A DNA stretch of 64,000 bases from Rotaria socialis (taxonomy: Eukaryota), in assembly GCA_905331295.1 (NCBI GenBank), contig CAJNYD010000557.1:62001-126000 (forward strand). Reading direction: 5' to 3'. The notes under the pieces are model-generated. The model was not told where the DNA came from. It was given only the letters and a program-made list of their open reading frames with translations, and did no database searches. The position numbers and the translations under genes were made by a program. This document shows, one piece after another, positions 58,944 through 64,000 of this stretch (position 1 is the stretch's first letter; each line of letters starts with the position of its first letter).

Positions 58944-60094
58944 GTTATTCAATTTAACAGAAAAACAAAATTGATTGGCCCGTTTAGTCTACACATTTAA
59001 CTGTTTCCTATTTGTTAAAATATTCTTTTCCGTCCTAAGAAAATTGTCTACTTCTTCTGCAATCTTTTGATTCATTTTAGCCAAAACAAAAGTATTATTT
59101 TTTTGTATTAATTCAAAGAGAATGAAAAGAAACTACAGAATATATCATCAAAGATAGTAACACGTGCAGACATAAATATATTATAAAAAAAAAATGAAGA
59201 TTCAAGTCAGCTTTTGAAATTATTATTACTTATTCCCTATTGTGTTTACGACTTATCATTTAGTTTAGCGCAGTATATAGAATAGATTTTTGTTTTGTTG
59301 TCTTTGTCTCATCTGAAGCATCTTTGAAATCCACTGCTTTATTCTATGTTAATTAAATTTGGCAGAAAAATTAGAAAATCTTATTTTATTATTTTCTCAT
59401 ATATATATATATATATATTCTCTAAAGAATTCACGTCGAATTTTTATCTTTAATAGAAATTTTGATCAATAGTTATAATTTACTTTTCTGCTGTATTAAG
59501 ATATAATGTTGTATGACGTTCCGAACATTGATTTATACATTCTAAATCGTAAGAATCATTACCAACAAGTGCACCACTGTTAGTAAAACTATGACATGAT
59601 GCCATGCAAAGAAACATTTCGTCACCCATTACATAAATATCATTTTAAATTTAATAGCCAATTCTAAAATCTAAAATAGCAAAATAAAAGTTAGATCATT
59701 TATTAATAAGAAATAAATGATTCAATTCATTTCTTTGTTGTTTTATGTTTGCGTGTTAGTTTGCCATTCAGCTTATTTATCTCCTGGGCAGACACAAACC
59801 AGTGAAAATAATCCGAAATAACAATCGATGCCGTAGAACTTCTCTATTTGATGGCAAAACATTGAAACGCAAGACGAATCAATCTGTCTGAAAGTTCCGG
59901 TATAGATAAATAGTCGATTAGAATCCACCGAGACATAGAAAAGAGATTTTTGACATTTACTAATTACCTATTATTAACAATATTCAAGAAGAAAAACATA
60001 ACTTGTTGGCTACTTTCGTATTCAAAATATATCTTTAAGATATTCTATAACATATTTGGCATCTAGTTTCTTTATTCCTTCGTTTACATATACC

Positions 60095-60124
60095 AGAGAG
60101 AGAGAGAGAGAGAGAGAGAGGAGA
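60095..60124. repeat. (AG)n microsatellite
   Basis: About 15 AG units; (AT)n tracts also at ~50452-50474 and ~59399-59417. Confidence 0.9.
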
Positions 60125-61639
60125 AAAAGAAGAAGAAAGAAAAACTCACTTGAGTCAATTTGATTGAGCTTCAAAAATATGATCAATGCTTGAAGGACAT
60201 ACTATTCTCTATAGTTTAGTTCTCAACTCCATATAAATATACACAATTTTGTATTTTCAAAAGAAAAACATATTTGTTTTTTCCTCCTGCTTCTAAAATT
60301 TACCTTATTGATCAATGTAAGAAAATCAATGCGAATAGACCATAGAAATCTTCTATGATAAACTATCCATTGGGTCTAGTAAATATACGGATATGTTCAA
60401 TTGAATTTTCTCTCGATTCTAGATGACTGAACCACAATAATCTATTTAGATTAATTCTCTATCAAGTAGGACGAGATGCGCATCAACTGATCTCTACATA
60501 GAAAAGCAATTCTGTTTTTTTTACTCCGCTATTCCTATCTTGGTTATAAAAAAAAGAAAGAATGTCACTGTTGACATGTGCGTGTGTCTTTCAATAGACT
60601 TTTACTAGCGCATTAATATTGAAACACATATTCAAATGAGCTCCACTCAAATCTAGATAAATATATACGTTGAAATTCTCTTAGAACTTATTCTTACCTG
60701 ACTATAATGATACGGACACGTTTGATCAGGAGGAAAAAAAGTTGTCAATATAATTTGCATGTGCCATAGATTTCTTACTCTCATGAGGAAATGACTACAA
60801 GTAATGTAGAGCAGTGTGTGGAACTAGACTTTTCTTCCCCCTGAGATAGACAAAATAATTAGAGTTCTGGATAAACATTGTGAGATGTTCACTGCCGCAG
60901 AGAAACCTAAAATAGCGGAAATTGTCAGCAATAAATCGCAATAGAAATTTTTTCCTTCATTTTGTTGGCCTTGTAATCAAACTCATAGAATTGTGTGTAA
61001 GTGAATAAATAATATTTTTATTTCACCTGATTGAAAAGAGCACGAGAAAAAGAATGAAGTTTATTGCCTATCTTGAACGACTCCATTCCATCATTAATAT
61101 ATAATGTAATCAAGTGGATATACTTATATTCGTTCGTTAAACAACATATCATTTCCTCTCTTTCTCTCTCTCTCTATATATATATCGTTTTCTTTTTGAG
61201 AACAATCAGAACTTGGCTCTCGTCTAAGTGCATCTAATCGAGTGCATACACAAAAACTACGAAGAGCAACAATGAGATTTTTCTCCGGCAAATGGTTTTC
61301 GATTATCGAGTATTACTATTATTATCTATCTCTGAATTGCCGACAAGTATCAACCAACTCCATTGATGAGTGACGCCGATTATATAAAGAATTGAATTGA
61401 TTTTGGTTTTTTAAATGAGATATGTTGGCATTCATTTATTATTGCTAATTAATGAAGAAAAAGAAAAAGCGTAAATACAATAAAAAAAAATACTAATAAT
61501 TCAAATATTATTTAAAAAAAAAGAATGCTGACTAGAGCTTTCTATTCCGTGATGATTGAGCGAAGTAAATAGAGTACACTGTTCATTGTAATTAAATGTA
61601 AATAATAAAAAAGAAGAAGATATTTATAGATAGATCGCA

Positions 61640-63166
61640 TTAGGCCCATACCTATTCAAGCAAAAATATTGATAATTTGATGTAATTATAGTTTTTAAAA
61701 GATCAACTTACTCGAATAGTAGTGTCCCAAGACCCAGTGCCCAATGCGGTTCCATCAGGCGATACTTGTAATGAACTTACACGATTTTCATGACCATAGA
61801 GAGTAACTACACGGGATCCTTTTAATGTATCCCAAACGTTAACACAATAATCGCTGTAACCAGCGAACAGAAGTCGACCTAGAAGAAATTGCGCGATTGT
61901 ATAATCAATGATTGAAATAGTAAACTTCTATGTTATGTTTACCACTTAAAGAAAAATCCACGGCATTACAAGAAAATATAATTGATTCTTTTTTATATAT
62001 GGCTACTTGTCGGTCAGCACGTAAATCGAATAGACGACACTAAAATTAATGTAGATAGAAACATCGGAATTTTTTCGTTTTCGTTTTTCATTTTATTTAC
62101 AGTGGCATCATCTGAAGCTGAAACAAATGCATCGCCACTTGGATAGAATCGAACAGCGTTGACATCGGATTCATGACCTTCAAATGTTTGAACATAGCTA
62201 CCTGTTCGAATGTCCCAAACCATTGCAATATGATCAGCGCTCTAAAATAGAACGGTACCGAATTATAGATTACTCTTAAGAAGAAAAATCAATCGATCCT
62301 ACAGCTGATACAAATATATTTCCAGCTTCCGATGGTGAGACATCAATACCCATGACATCAGCTTGATGACCTTGAAATGTTTGTATCGGTGTACTACTTT
62401 CAACATCCCATAATTTAGCTGTACTATCACCACTAGCTGTTAATAGCTAATAGATAAAGAGAAGAAAATTTTTTTTTTCTTTCAATTAAAATTGAATATT
62501 AATTGCCTGTTGGTCTGAATGCATAAATTTACAAGCTGATATATAATTTGCATGTGTAGCAACAACTTTTTTGTTTTTACTGACATCATCATCCATATGT
62601 AATGAATATAATGTTAATTTGTTATCGAGTCCTCTGCAAATGAAAAGAAATCTATTTATTCAATGTTTGGTTTCTGTAATATTATTTACCCGCACGCAAC
62701 AGCCATAGCTGATGGTGAATATGCACAAGCTAATACCCATGTTGTTGACATTGTAATAACGTGCTTTAGAATAAAAATATGAAAAATTTAAAACAGCGAA
62801 AAACAAAATTTACTTCTTTATTAGTTGTGAATGCATCCCAAAGTATCAACTTTCCATCTTGTGATGTACTAACCATATGCCGTTTGTCATATGACCAATC
62901 GATTGCTAAAACTTTTCCCTGGTGACCTTTTAAAATTCGTCGAGATTTCGTTGAAAACGGTGGCAGGGGATCTAGTTTTTCAGCAACAATTGTTACTAAG
63001 AAGAAAAAAATATTTAATTAAGTAACTGCGGAATTAATTAGGAGATAAAAATCAATCTTGGCATACATTCCATGTCATTGAATTTCGCACGTTCTTCTTC
63101 GAGACGAGTTTTTAATATTTCAGCTTCACGAACGAGATCATCGAGGGATTCGGCGATAGCAGACAT
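61640..63166 (-). CDS. GNB5: G protein beta subunit 5
   Basis: [14 protein letters not shown] coiled coil; [95 protein letters not shown]. Confidence 0.95.
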
Positions 63167-64000
63167 CGTTCTATTATTCTGGAAAATCACAAAATAAATG
63201 AGAAACAACAACTCATCCATAGTTTATTCTATGGAATATCTCCTCGTTGCTAAGTATGGTGGTAGTAGAAGGAATCATCAGTGAAGTACTTCTTTGAAAG
63301 AAGAGAATCAATAGAAGAACATTTAATGGAAGACGCCTATTCACAGCTATTTGAGATCATATGCGTAAAGCATAAACGATATAGTTGAGAGCTCAGCAAA
63401 GTTGTTGTCAAATACGCTGCAATCAGTCAAGCTAATCTACTCATCAATTTTCTCCTAATCGTTATTTAATTTTAGCTGTAAACTACACTAATATCTCCGT
63501 ATCGAGAGTAGCAGCGAATGAGATGCATGTGAAACAGAACAAGATTATATTTTTGTTTATTTTTCTCATATGCTCATTATGATTCAATGAATTATTTATG
63601 CACGATGAAATAATAAGAATAAGAATATTGAAAAATGAAATTGTTCTGATAGCGTTACAAAGCAAAAAATAGTTAGTAAGATTTAAAAATAAATGTTGCA
63701 TGCAACGATTGATTTTATTTTATTTTCCGGAAAACACAAATCAAACGAAACTTTCGATAAAACTTCTAACTCATATTTTATAAGTTATCTACAATCACGA
63801 TTTCCGTTCACTAACCTATATTTCCCATACTAGATAGAAAACTTGTAAAAACTAGTATTCATTGATTTTTACTGAAATCTGATTTTATCTTATGTCGCAA
63901 AAACTGTTCGCTTAATTCAGACTTGTATTTTTCTGTGTCGTTCTACATAAATATTTTCAGCACCAAAAAAAGATTCTTTGAACTATATGAGATTATAATA

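Noticed and set aside
59000..61600. Scattered minus-strand splice-like signals between the GPCR and GNB5
   Set aside because: Most simply the GPCR 5'UTR exons and GNB5 3'UTR; no coding frame and not resolvable from sequence alone

Overview
Eukaryotic (animal) genomic DNA, AT-rich and with many short (~50-70 nt) spliceosomal introns; gene content and repeat types suggest a bdelloid rotifer (inference). It is not prokaryotic, and no rRNA, tRNA or CRISPR array was seen. The left part (1-28.5 kb) is a decay zone. It holds disabled copies of O-GlcNAcase (OGA/MGEA5), AVL9 and a TPR gene, two further gene relics, many non-autonomous DNA transposons (hAT-type MITEs with 8-bp TSDs, a mariner-like element, a Helentron-associated HINE, a MULE remnant) and two assembly gaps. 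A few intact genes sit among them: a secreted low-complexity protein, a multipass membrane protein, a tail-anchored protein and an ankyrin protein. The right part (29-64 kb) is gene-dense: MPPE1-like, EDRF1, PIGW, an IGFBP-related protein (IB-Kazal-Ig), a divergent PKA catalytic-like kinase, two tandem paralogous neuropeptide precursors (-MRWamide, and -FKYamide visible only after splicing), CHD3/4/5 (Mi-2), an atypical class A GPCR and G-protein beta-5. The neuropeptide pair is the best candidate for an undescribed system. Exon structures were reconstructed by eye, so boundaries may be off by a few bases.
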